NCBI GenBank assembly: GCA_002256025.1
Contig: NKIB01014337.1
Location: forward strand, 1-44,633
Origin: Asterionella formosa
Taxonomy: Eukaryota
Length of the DNA stretch: 44,633 nt
Reading direction: 5' to 3'
The notes under the pieces are model-generated. The model was not told the DNA's origin. It was given only the letters and a program-made list of their open reading frames with translations, and did no database searches. A program made the position numbers and the translations under genes. Of the stretch, positions 20,105 through 31,284 are shown in pieces. How positions within the stretch are numbered: the first letter of the stretch is position 1; every line of letters begins with the position of its first letter.

Positions 20105-22720
20105 TTATAATGGAGAGTTTTGCGTCTCATGACTTGAGGGCATTCAAAATGTTCCACTTGGCTGCTGCTTAAACTGTTGCTGCGTGTTTCTCCAAGTGCA
20201 CACTAGTATGGCAGATATTTCTACAGCGGATGGTAAATGTTAACGCCCAGAAGCAGCCATCAAAGACAGAAAATCAAAATTATGTTGGCCAAACCAATCT
20301 GAACCCACCCAACAACAAAAAGCTGATTGGAAAGCAGCATTGTTGAAATATGTGATTAAAACTGCATCCAAAGAGACACTAATTCTTCATCAAAGATTAG
20401 GAAAATGGGTCAGCACCCCTCTAGTCCAATCCTGGAAGTTCTACTATGTTAAAACAAACAAACAATTGTGGAGAAGATTAGAAAGAAGATGGTTTCTTGT
20501 GGCAGAATCGAGGTTATCCACTACTGTTTCGTCTATTGGATCGGTCACAATGAAAAAGCTTCCGGTCACAGCATGTCCATCATGTGATGTGGACACAGAT
20601 TGGAGAATGACGCAAGCAAAAAACTGAATAATTAAGCAGCTCCTCCTTAACCAATGGGGCAGGAATTTAATAGCCACATTGCAACATTCTTTCCATCATA
20701 CAAGAGAATCTTTTAACATGTACAACTGTCGCCAGTGGGATCCCAGAGGCTGATTGGGCATTTAAGGCCGCTCGGGTTACCGTGTTTCATGGCGATGGAT
20801 GGGTCCTTCAAAGAGCTTTGAACAAAGCAAAAGCGGTTGATGTACTAGCCCGATTTAGGCCGGCTAGCTATTTAGCACACTGGATATCCACACCAATGGT
20901 TGAATTCCTATATGGTCTACCACCTGATACCTCGTGGATTAAAATAAAGGCAGTCTGGCGATTGAAGTCAAAAGTCCATAGGGAGAATTTCAACTCTCCC
21001 TGGCTACGACCTCTACATCCAATGGGGCAATCCAATCCTTTCCAATTAAGAAGATATTGATGTTCCTACCTACCCATCATGCTGAAATCTGTACAGTAGA
21101 GGCCATCAATCAAATTTTTCTGGCTTCCAAGGCGTGGGAAGCAATGAACTCAATATATGGCAAACAAGTAATTCGCTCCTTCTCATTCTTAGTATGCTTA
21201 GAAAATCAAAATTAATAAAAGAATAGAAAAGCGCATGCGAATTCAGAATCGGAGCAAAAGTGGCTAGGGGAGAAGCAGAAGGCAGTAGTCAGAGTTTCAT
21301 GATCAGAGTGAAAGGGAGTCGGGAGACATGAATCAAGAGCATTGATTCAATAGAAAAGGGGAAGATGGTGTAACCGCACAGAATGTAGAAGCATAAAATC
21401 TTTTCTAGGCATAGTAATAATGTTACAACCCATTTCAACCTATTTTCAACAGTGATTTCGATTAGAATTACCATCATGTTAATATTAATATATTATGAAA
21501 TAATGCACATCATAGGATAATGGTTTGATAACTATATGGTGTTTTTTAAGGTGCACTTGAAATGATCATAAATAAGTATCATCAGCATCTGGCAAAAATT
21601 CTGTCCCTGTTAGCATGCGATACCTGTGATCGTAAAAATTTGATACTTTCTATTTGCAGATGTAGCAATGCCAACGAAAAGTTTTTTGTCTTCGGAATGA
21701 TGCTTAATATTGTGAGGCATTGGTAAAGCGTAAAACACATAAATCATACATACTCAGTGGTAATCCATCGTGCCCTCATTGTTCTATGACGGAGACAAAT
21801 GAACATTTTTTTCTTTGCAAACACAAGAAAATCGAATATAGCAGAACAAATCACTTCACTACAATACGGTCCACAATGGGGAACTACAAAGTGGGAAAAA
21901 ATTTCTCTCCAGTTTGACTAGCTAGATTAAAAGTTAGTATGTTTCATAGCCCATTCGTGCTCCCCTCTTCGAAGGCAACTATTTCATTGTGCTACCTGCC
22001 GACAAGACCTAGGCTTCCCTACTAGTTTTAGAGTAGATGAGTCCCCAACCACCTTTCGCGAAAGTTGATTGTCTTAGCCGCAGCGTTAGGGGAAACTCCG
22101 ACCGCTAGGAAGGCGGCACAAGCTGCGCTGAAAGGTTATCTGACCAAACAATGGTGTAACGCGATGAGAAGCTCACAGGAAGATCCAACCCCCACTCCAG
22201 AAGCATGTCGGCAGTTGTCCAAACTCGCAATAACTCAAATATGCTCTCTGGTACTAAGAGCATGGGGGGAAAGGAACGAGAGCTTGCATTCGGAATACAA
22301 TTCCAGGATAATCCGGGCATATGCCCAACAAGGGGAAGACATGCACTAGGGATCACCACTTATTTGTAAAAGCAACTCTCCCAAATGCTGACTGCGAGAC
22401 TTTTCAAGAAGAAAAGATTCTTAGAGAGAGCAGAGTACATTATAGATCAATCAAAGGATTTTGCAAAAACAGGACAAAAATCATTACATGAGTATTTCAA
22501 CACTATTTCGTCACAGCAGAAAGCCTACAAACCTATCATAACAGCACCAAGACGAACAATCTAACGCACTAAGACACAATCAAAAACTTCACTCAGGTAC
22601 ATTCGCTGAAATTACGCACACATCGCTCCAAGAACAGTATGCACAACACCTTACATGGGCCATGGAGCGCAATGAAGACAAACCTAAAAATAGACCAGTA
22701 CTAATGCGCTATAAAAATGA
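20105..22720 (+). mobile_element. Degenerate 3' half of a non-LTR retrotransposon (LINE) ORF2, interrupted by insertions
   Basis: Post-RT motifs in the expected order: LNCCCVFLQVHTSMADISTADG (~20169), WPNQSEP, LGKW...WKFYY, CCHC knuckle CPHCSMTETNEHFFLC (~21771), GYLTKQW and WGERNESLH. The RT domain is not present. Confidence 0.75.
21909..22135 (-). mobile_element. 5'-truncated copy of the family-2 repeat inserted in the LINE
   Basis: Reverse complement aligns to 17953-18195. LINE-like coding sequence stops before it and resumes (LKGYLTKQW) right after it. Confidence 0.75.
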
Positions 22721-22805
22721 TTAATATATATTTTTCACTGGTACCTAGTACTTATATATATAGCAGTATATTATACATGCTTGAAAAAAATACTGCCAGC
22801 AAATA

Positions 22806-23150
22806 AATTTGATTTTGTATTGTTGTAGTACGGGGTTGATGATTCAACATCTCTGTCTTGACCATGAAAGACTTATTGGACTGAATATCTCATTTTTGTA
22901 CTGCTGGAGAAGGGGGTTGAAGATTCAACATCTCTGTCTTGAGCATAAAGAACTTATTGGACTGAATTTTAACGAAAAGAGACAATGAACCATTCCTATC
23001 TCGTATGTATATCTCGCCTAACATAGAAAAGAAGGTATTCGTACAATAATAACTTATTTGCATTAACATCGACAACAAAAAATTGAAACCGCTGCCTTCT
23101 AGAAGTTTTCTTGGTTGCCATTTGTTCAATTTTGAAGACATAAGCAAAGT
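22806..23150 (+). pseudogene. Fragment of TE accessory 'ORF-A' (copy 2) with internal ~80-bp tandem duplication
   Basis: GATTCAACATCTCTGTCTTGA...ACTTATTGGACTGAAT occurs twice; homologous to 8048-8235 and 39140-39395. Confidence 0.7.
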
Positions 23151-25079
23151 AGAGACACTATTGAATCCGTTGTAGCTCGCTTGATAACTAATACTAAATC
23201 ATAATTTATATTTTCACATAAATGTGAAACGATGAGCAAAACGATCGATGGTGGATGGTTTTTTCAGTGTTGTTATTCGAGGTCACTTTCAAGAAGTGAT
23301 GTATTATCTACTTGTTCCACCTAAAAACTTGAGTCAACGTTTAACAACTACTTTTTCCAACTAAAATTATCGAAGAATGTTTCTTAAATAACTTTATTGT
23401 AGTCGATAGAACAGGAATAGCTATCATTTAATCAGTTCTGAAGTAGCGCCTAGAACATACAGTTATGGAGATCTAGCTAAGCCATTTAATTTTACCCATT
23501 TTGACTAATAACGTTTTCATCTGGTACATATTTTTAATCTATACATGAAGATTTTTTACCCCCGAACCGTGTTTTATTTTACTCGATTTTTACCTCAAAT
23601 ATTTTTCATTTTTTTCCTGATACTATAATTACCAGTACCAGCTACCTGGGTTTAAGTGCCCATCATAACAGTAGTATATTCGTCTAGAATTTGTTCTGAC
23701 CTCGCAAATCAATCACTTCAATTTCTCATCTGTCTGGTGGTCCTCCTCTTGTTTCAACTCATTTCACAGGTGATTGCGGCGATTTCATGAAAAAAGCTCG
23801 TACGTACTGTTTCTGGTAGTCCTCACGTCGAGAGGTCGCAGCTGATGTTCTCCAGTTAGGTAAAAGAGTAAGCACAATGATGTTGTTGTATATTTTGTAC
23901 TGACAAAAAATCTGTTCAGAAAATAAATGAATCTATCGACGGAAATACTTTCTGATACCTGTATACATGTATAAAGGATGATGCCAGCTGAATGGAGTAA
24001 AAGTTAATTTAGTTCTTTCATTTCATTTCTTGTTGACAGCAACCTTCAGGACTAAATATGGAAGTAACGCAATCACGATGATTATTGGTTAGTATATAAA
24101 TCGCTGTGTTCAAATATAGCATATTTAGTCCAAACGTGAATTTACTCTATTTTACATTGACTCTCAGTTTTTATGTGGTGTCACCATTAATTTCAAATGT
24201 TGTGACACTACATACATATTTCCTGCAGCTATCAAGGTTTCTTGGTATCCCAATCTTTTATGCAGTTGCCTTAAATAGAATAGTAGAGTAGTAATGCAGC
24301 TGAGAGTAGTTCTCATTTTGATTGTTCCAATCAATATGATATTTGTTTACAGTGCTGGTACTCTCAACCTGGTACCACCAGGTAGCTATGATTTGCACAG
24401 TATTCTTCTCATTATGTAGTGAATTGCGATTGAGGCAAATTTTCATTTACATATACTTCTATATGCATACCAGTAGCAAAGAATTATATTTATATTTTCT
24501 TTTTCAGCGAAAAGAAAACATTGCCTGGAAGACAATTGTCATACCATGCCATATACTTTGGCGATGGTCAGTTGACAGTGCTCCTGCTTGACTATTATTT
24601 ACGTACCTAAATCTATCTACATCAGGGTTCGTCTGCAATCGTACATCAGGTACTGTTTCCATGGAGATACCTACAAACATACATGATTATATCTACCGGT
24701 AATACATACCAGTTTCGTGTAGCACTGTCAGAGTTCGTGTTTTTTAAAGGTTCTCACCTTGAGCCAGTTTTAGCCCCATGTACTTGTGGATGGCTAACTA
24801 ACGCGACTAAAGGCCAGCATGCTAAGACGACTGCTCCACAATTAGAGTCTTTGAACCGTGGAAATGTAAATTCAAAATTAGCAGGCGTCAGGGGTTCTCA
24901 TCGCTTGTTTTCAGCAAGGACTTTAACTTGCATGCTCGTGGTCAACCATAAAATGATGTGTTTGTTGTCACAGTTTCAATGCACGTCATTTCTAATATTT
25001 TGTGGTTTTCAATTTTCTCCTCCGATGCATTGATAAAGCCATTTCTTTTGCGTATTACTATCGATACAGAGCGAAATCA

Positions 25080-26507
25080 ATGGATAAGAACGAACGAAAG
25101 CGTTCGGCAGGTAATGCCGCCAGTTCCCACAATCACCCATCAATATTCGCCTCTGGAATGCCGGAAGGAGTCGAGTATCCCTCGGCAGCGGTTGGTGAGC
25201 AGTCATGTCATAGTTCCGACGATAGTGATTCGTCTTCGCAAGACGAGATTAAAGGAAGAGTAGACAACGAGAGTGAAAGAAAGAAGAAACGACACCGAGT
25301 CGATAACCAAGGGGTCGTGACCGAGTCCGAACAAAGTGAGAGTAATCATAACGGTGATACCGGTCATGGCCAAGTGCAAGCCATTGCAGGCCATCCGAAC
25401 CAGCTGAATGTGCAACTACAGGCGAATCAAGCGTTCCCTACACACCAGGCAGTCGCTCCTTTAGGTTTTTCTTCCCAGGCTGATGTAGCGATTCTTCAGA
25501 ACCTTCCCCAGCACGCCATTGTAGGCCAACTTCCCGTTTATCCGCAAGCGATTGCCCCATTGAACCCAGTGAACTACTTTCCCCTTTTACAGATGCCTCC
25601 TTTTCAAGGGCAAGACTTTCAGCAGCAAACGGTTAATTTATTGGCGAATCCTATGGTCGTAGCAGCTGCTGCGCAAGCGCTAATGTACTCGCAAGCCTAC
25701 GGGCTAGTTTCGAACCCTGCTACCTATGGATACCACATAATAGGCCATGGAGCTCAGCAAGGCCAAATCCCACTTCGTGCAAACCCATCCTTAAGTACGC
25801 AATATATGCATGGGTTCCCAGGGCAGCATCAAGTTATCATGGCACCAACTACGGCAGCAAACATGTCAGGGGGTTACAGTGCAGGCCAAGCACGTAGTAT
25901 GGGAGCTGGTGTGATGAATTCCATCGAGCTCCAAAGTGTTGGCCAAGTGGGATCGGGTACAATACAAAGTAACCCGCTGGCTCAAGCGAATTTATACCAA
26001 CAAACGACCACTTCAATGCAAGAAGTACGGAGGAAACGTGGACCTCTCCTCTACACATCCATTGATGACGACGTTTTGGCAGAGAATCAGATTCTAGTAA
26101 GAAAGCAAATCGAGTTTTTCGAAGCCGAGCTTGAAGATGTGGAGACAATCACGTCTGGGCGAAGGCGACCGATAGCGTTGGGCCAAGTTGGTATTCAATG
26201 CAGACATTGTGCGCATCTACCCCTGCGACAACGGAAGAAAGCCGCAGTCTACTATCCATCTAAAGTGAACAGTATATACCAAGCTGCTCAGAACATGAAC
26301 GTCAGCCACCTTTCTGATTCATGCCAGCATATTGATGAAATCACGAAAAATGCACTGATTTCGTTTCTTGACAACAGATCTAGCCAGTCTCACGGCGGGA
26401 AACAATACTGGGCATCTTCAGCGAAGACGCAAGGGATTTATGAAACTGAGGCTGATGGCTTGCGATACTCACGTCCGGAAGGACAACAACAGAACCCTGG
26501 AAGCTAA
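25080..26507 (+). CDS. Diatom-type uncharacterised protein (475 aa) with Q/P-rich region and C-terminal Cys/His domain; putative transcription regulator
   Basis: Intact long ORF with first ATG at 25080, NLS-like RKKKRHR, and the domain QILVRKQIEFFEA...GRRRPIALGQVGIQCRHC...YYP...IYQAAQN...HL...C...GGKQYW. Confidence 0.88.
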   Translation: MDKNERKRSAGNAASSHNHPSIFASGMPEGVEYPSAAVGEQSCHSSDDSDSSSQDEIKGRVDNESERKKKRHRVDNQGVVTESEQSESNHNGDTGHGQVQAIAGHPNQLNVQLQANQAFPTHQAVAPLGFSSQADVAILQNLPQHAIVGQLPVYPQAIAPLNPVNYFPLLQMPPFQGQDFQQQTVNLLANPMVVAAAAQALMYSQAYGLVSNPATYGYHIIGHGAQQGQIPLRANPSLSTQYMHGFPGQHQVIMAPTTAANMSGGYSAGQARSMGAGVMNSIELQSVGQVGSGTIQSNPLAQANLYQQTTTSMQEVRRKRGPLLYTSIDDDVLAENQILVRKQIEFFEAELEDVETITSGRRRPIALGQVGIQCRHCAHLPLRQRKKAAVYYPSKVNSIYQAAQNMNVSHLSDSCQHIDEITKNALISFLDNRSSQSHGGKQYWASSAKTQGIYETEADGLRYSRPEGQQQNPGS

Positions 26508-27148
26508 TTAGGCTTCTGCGACTAGCAATATTTAAAGGGATAAGCAGGAATAGCATATTACGACAAGTATGCCGCCTGAGCAGTCAAATTTGAGGATGCC
26601 TCGAGCTATTTTGTACCCTTGGAATGAATTATGTATCATAAGTTGTCGATTGACCGTACCCTGATACCCCGCTCTTAGCAGTACGATACACCGGTAGGAG
26701 CAATCTCCCTGATGTATTCTGTTCGTAGTCTACAAAACTAGGACCGCCCTATGCTGCATTTCAGGTTGTGTTACATAAAATATATTTACATATCTAGATC
26801 ACAATTTCGTTAACAAACGTGGCCATGGTGCTATTCTTTGGATTCGACTACCTGGTACCAAGGTACCTGGAACCTTGGACCAGGTACCGTATCCTATAAT
26901 CATGCATGATGGTAATACTGTTAGATATATCTAACCAAAGGAAAAAATACGCATGCGCCCAGGTGCCACGCATGCTTCAAAAATCTGACGTTTTCGTGAA
27001 TCGATTGTCGCGTTAGGGATGCCTTAAGTAAAAAACGAGCAGAGCAAGGCACAACCTGCTCAAAACATCAGCGACCAGTGCGTATATTAACGTATATTTA
27101 ACATCCCAATTTTCCCAAAACACTCAGAAGAGTGCATGTATAAATATA

Positions 27149-27375
27149 TGTACCGGTATATACATGGATGATGTACCAGGTATGGTACCTTGTACATTTA
27201 CCTGGTACCTGGTACCAGGTACCATACCGGGAGACAGATGAATACCGGTACAAGATACCAGGTACCTGGTAGTGTAGGACGGTTCATACATCGATGTACG
27301 TACATGATTTAAAATACCGGTAATATGCATCGGTATGCATTATGCACTGCTGGGATCAGGTACTCGTACCAGGTT
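27149..27375. repeat. GGTACC/TACCGGTA palindromic cluster
   Basis: Includes the perfect 22-bp palindrome TGGTACCTGGTACCAGGTACCA (27203-27224). Confidence 0.85.
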
Positions 27376-27430
27376 CTCCTCTGTAATACCAAGCAAGTTG
27401 CGGAATAGGAATCCGACCTTTCTACATTTA

Positions 27431-27642
27431 GATCTTGCTGACAATGACTAGAATTGGGTGACAACAACTAGATTTTGCTGACTACAACTAGAACTTGCTG
27501 ACAATGACTACGATATGCTGACAGCAACTAGAATTCGCTGACAATTACTAGAACTTGCTTGCTGACTACCACAAAAATTTGCGGACTACACGAAGAATTT
27601 TTGGACTACAACTAGGATTTGCAGACAGCCACTAAATTTGCG
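27431..27642. repeat. 20-bp tandem array (GAAYTTGCTGACAAYRACTA), ~10 degenerate units
   Basis: Exact 20-bp phase from 27431 to 27550, decaying afterwards; no unique spacers. Confidence 0.92.
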
Positions 27643-27941
27643 AATAAGAATAGATTTTCTGAATGACCATTATGTCTATCAATTATAAACATGAACAAAC
27701 ACAACCACTACCCCCTGATTGCCTCACCAATACTACATATAAGCATGCTGGTATGAAACATAATATCAAGTTCCAAAAAACCACATTTGTTGGTACTACA
27801 TTGATGACTTCACAAGTTGCTGGTACAATCAATCAATTCTCAGTTTGCTGATGAATAAACTTTTTCAAATCTTTTAGCTTTAACTAGTCATGTTATTGTT
27901 ATAGTCGTCATAGTATTTGTTGCAGAGCTACTTCAAAAGTT

Positions 27942-28852
27942 TCAGTTAAAATAGCGGACATAATATTTAGGTCCACAAATGACGATATCGTAATCAATTC
28001 TAATTGCGTCACACTTGATATCAAACGTCATTGTGAGAAATGCAGCTTCTCCATTTTGGCTTTTCTCAATGAGCCTATAAATCGTCTTATTGAAATTGAT
28101 TGAGTGTACCGATGATTGTAGAGTGGAGCAAAATGAGAGATCCCCTTTGGAATGATCCTCTAACATTTTTGGCTGGTCATGAATAAAGTTTGCCGTTAAA
28201 GGCTTCCTGTGGTCAAAGAATGGTTTATCACCACTATTGATGCACTCTGAATTGCTGTTGTGTGCCGTGAAACCACCACGAAGTAGATTGAAACTGTTCA
28301 ATTCAATTCTTTTCAGCCATGCAATTGAAACTTTCTTCTCCTTGTATGTGTCGATCCACTTAAAAATCATCAAATCGCGAAGGATTGGAAATGGAATTAG
28401 ATGTATCCAGGGACTTCTCTTATACGCCTCAAAGTCTTCACTTATTCTCCTCTTGTTTTTGTCGTATTTCTTGAACTTTCCTCTGTGTTTTTTTACCCAG
28501 GCATTCCAGGCATGATAAGAGCACATACCAAATGTAAATTCGGCATTTGACTTAACTTTCTTGACAGCCCTGCGACAAGCTAAAGTATAATCAGTAATTT
28601 TCTGAATGATGAAGGAATGCGGGTTCGGTTCCCAGTACCAAGGATTGTTGTCAAGGGGAAGAGTAAAATGGTCAGTGCATGCTGAATTGTTGCCTGCAGG
28701 TGACAATGGCAGGAAGGACAAATTACTGGGCTCAACCCCTTTTTCCCAGAAGAAGAAATACTATCATCTGACAAACTATCTCCTAAACTCTGCAAGACGC
28801 TTTCATCCTCCTCAGAGGATTAATTGTGAGATGAAAGGGAAGAACTAGACAT
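27942..28852 (-). pseudogene. MULE/Mutator transposase-derived gene (C-terminal catalytic half)
   Basis: ITDYTLACRRAVKKVKSNAEFTFGMCSYH (second D plus CxxH signature) and GFTAHNSNSECIN (catalytic E). Compared with the 39645 copy, it has a TAA at codon 11 and a 1-nt deletion near 28742. Confidence 0.72.
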
Positions 28853-29547
28853 TTCGTATTTGTGGACTCTTTACAAAAAGGACATTGGCAAATAAAAACT
28901 ATCATATTCCCATGATGCATCATAGGATTGTGATCATCTGATCATGATTTTCCGTTATATCATCTAATAATTTTGATAAATCCCCTTGTAATTTAAATAG
29001 TAACCCTTTTGACTACATATATTTAATTTTTATATCTATTGTTTCTATTAGATTCCTGTATTCGAATTTCTTGGTAGGATAATGTACCAGCTGAAGTAAT
29101 GTAATTTGGCTCGTCATTTCCATCCGTCATCACTCTAATTTTTGCAACAACAACGTAATACTAGCAATGACAAGTGGAATGATTATTTACGATGACATCT
29201 TCAATTGTTGGTCAAGTGATCATTATATCTTTGATTAATTGTCATGTGCAGTGAACCTTTGTTCATAATCATTCAATTAAGAATGGTTCCGCATGCAGCG
29301 CAAATAGTAAATCCGTTTTGTCGACCACCAGCATGACAATCTCGCAAATCAAATTGTAAACAAACACATTCTACTTGTTCTTGTTGACATTTTCAATTCT
29401 CACATGATACTACATCTGCTATTGACATTCAGCATAGAAGGAGGTACGAAAATTTAACAGACTGCTATCCACATAGTTATAGTTATAGAATGATTCTGAT
29501 TACAATTTCTCTTTTCATATCGCTTGTTTCCGCATTTCGCATACTGC

Positions 29548-30073
29548 ACTTGTATTTACTATTGAATTTGTCTGCATCTTTGATACCATCAAGAGAGCGA
29601 CAGCAAATGGCTCTCTTCATTGTTGTTTGCTCATGGAAAACCCGCCCGTTATCGGTATCATCAACAATAGAGTGACGAATGTCCTTCATCATTATCATTG
29701 TGGTTTGCTGTAGGAACAATTTGATATCCGTATCGTCATTTGCTTGTTGGGACTGTCTGTTGCTCAAACCTGCTTAGCGTGTGCATACACACACTGTCGA
29801 CTTGTTTTTATTGGTATGTTGTTCTTGTATTCACTGTTGAACTTGTCCACATCTTTGCTACTACCATCAATAGAGCGACAAATGGCTCTCTTCATTGTTG
29901 TTTGCTCCTGTAATAGTCGGTGTCCGTGTCATCATCAATAGAGAGACAAGTGTCCTTCATCATTGCGGTTTGCCGCTGGAAAGATTGGTACCCATATCGT
30001 CATTCGCTCATTGGAACCATTGTCCGTTGCCTCGAACCTGCTTAGCGTGTGTGTACGTACACTGTCAACTTGT
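29548..30073. repeat. Diverged ~260-bp tandem duplication
   Basis: Units ~29548-29805 and ~29824-30073 share CAAATGGCTCTCTTCATTGTTGTTTGCTC and AACCTGCTTAGCGTGTG. Confidence 0.9.
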
Positions 30074-30846
30074 GTAGTACTAAATTACAGCAGTGACTTA
30101 GCTACTAAAGTGCGTGTTATACTGTAATATCATACTCCGTAGTACAATGCAGAATACAGTTCCCAATCAACATTGAATGATTGATAAGATAATAATGTGA
30201 TATCACGATAAGGTTACTTCAATGCATACATCACCAAAATATGAAATGTAATATTGAATGACGTTTATCACATAGCTATGATACATTGATCATAGAACTA
30301 TGATGATTTCTTAAAATGTTTATGATGTATTTTTAACCAAAATATGATTATGTGAAGAAAATACAATGATAACAAAATAAGATAAAATATGTACGCAAGT
30401 ATTATCAATACATCATAGAAAATCAATCAATCAATTATAAAGTATATTACATAATATATATATTCAACTTTAAATGTTTACAGTAAAAGCCAAAAGTTAA
30501 TATGATAGTATTATGTTGTGAATAGGATCTAATTATACAGATGCATTGATATGTACATCACCATAATATGATTTGTGATATGGATTGATGCATATCACAT
30601 ACCGGTATCCTCCACAACCAGCCATCATGTTCATCGTTGTGTCGTTTTTCCTGGTTATAGCTATATATACCGGCATATGTATTGTGTAAAAAAGCGAAGC
30701 ATCCATATTACACTGTGCTGTGTTCAACAATTACTACACTCAGTTACCATCACATCAGTTGCACCTCCACAAGCGCCGAAAAAATCTCCGCGTTTCCCTT
30801 CCACTGTTATACATCATAGTCTTCTGGCCCTTTGAAAACTTTCCAA

Positions 30847-31284
30847 ATGGCATTTCATGGATTTCATGGAAAGGATCAGTCACACAAGAAACGTGACTCA
30901 CTTCCGTTGTTTACACTACACGACTTTATGTTTTCGGAAAAGAAGATGAATAAAGTTATGAAATCAATCGAAGATTGCTTTGAATACACTCACAGATCAG
31001 ATGAATTTGAACAGATTCATAACACTCCAGAAAAAATAATGAAGTATGCCGATTCAATAGTGTCAGAGATTGAAAAGAAGGAAAGATTGCTTTCGAAAAG
31101 GAAACTCAAACAGTTGTTCTTTGCGGATGAAGACTCTAATTCCTATAGAGTCACAGTTCCATCTATGTCGAGAGGAATGAGTGTTTGTGTTCGTGATAAA
31201 ATCTTCATTTGTCGTTCAAGTCATCATATGTCTTCGATGAATCATCACCTACATTGCACAGTATGGTCGTATGCAATCCGTTAA
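30847..31284 (+). pseudogene. Unidentified coding remnant
   Basis: ~145-codon charged, helical-looking ORF downstream of an AT-rich subterminal-like block; no family recognised. Confidence 0.3.

Noticed and set aside
22033..22075. Hammerhead ribozyme (TAGATGAG...CGAAA...GTC)
   Set aside because: The core CTGANGA is broken, stem II does not pair, and the motif is not conserved in the second copy.
24683..25079. Upstream ORFs or N-terminal extension of the 25080 gene
   Set aside because: Non-ATG start for the extension, non-coding-like composition, and no motif.
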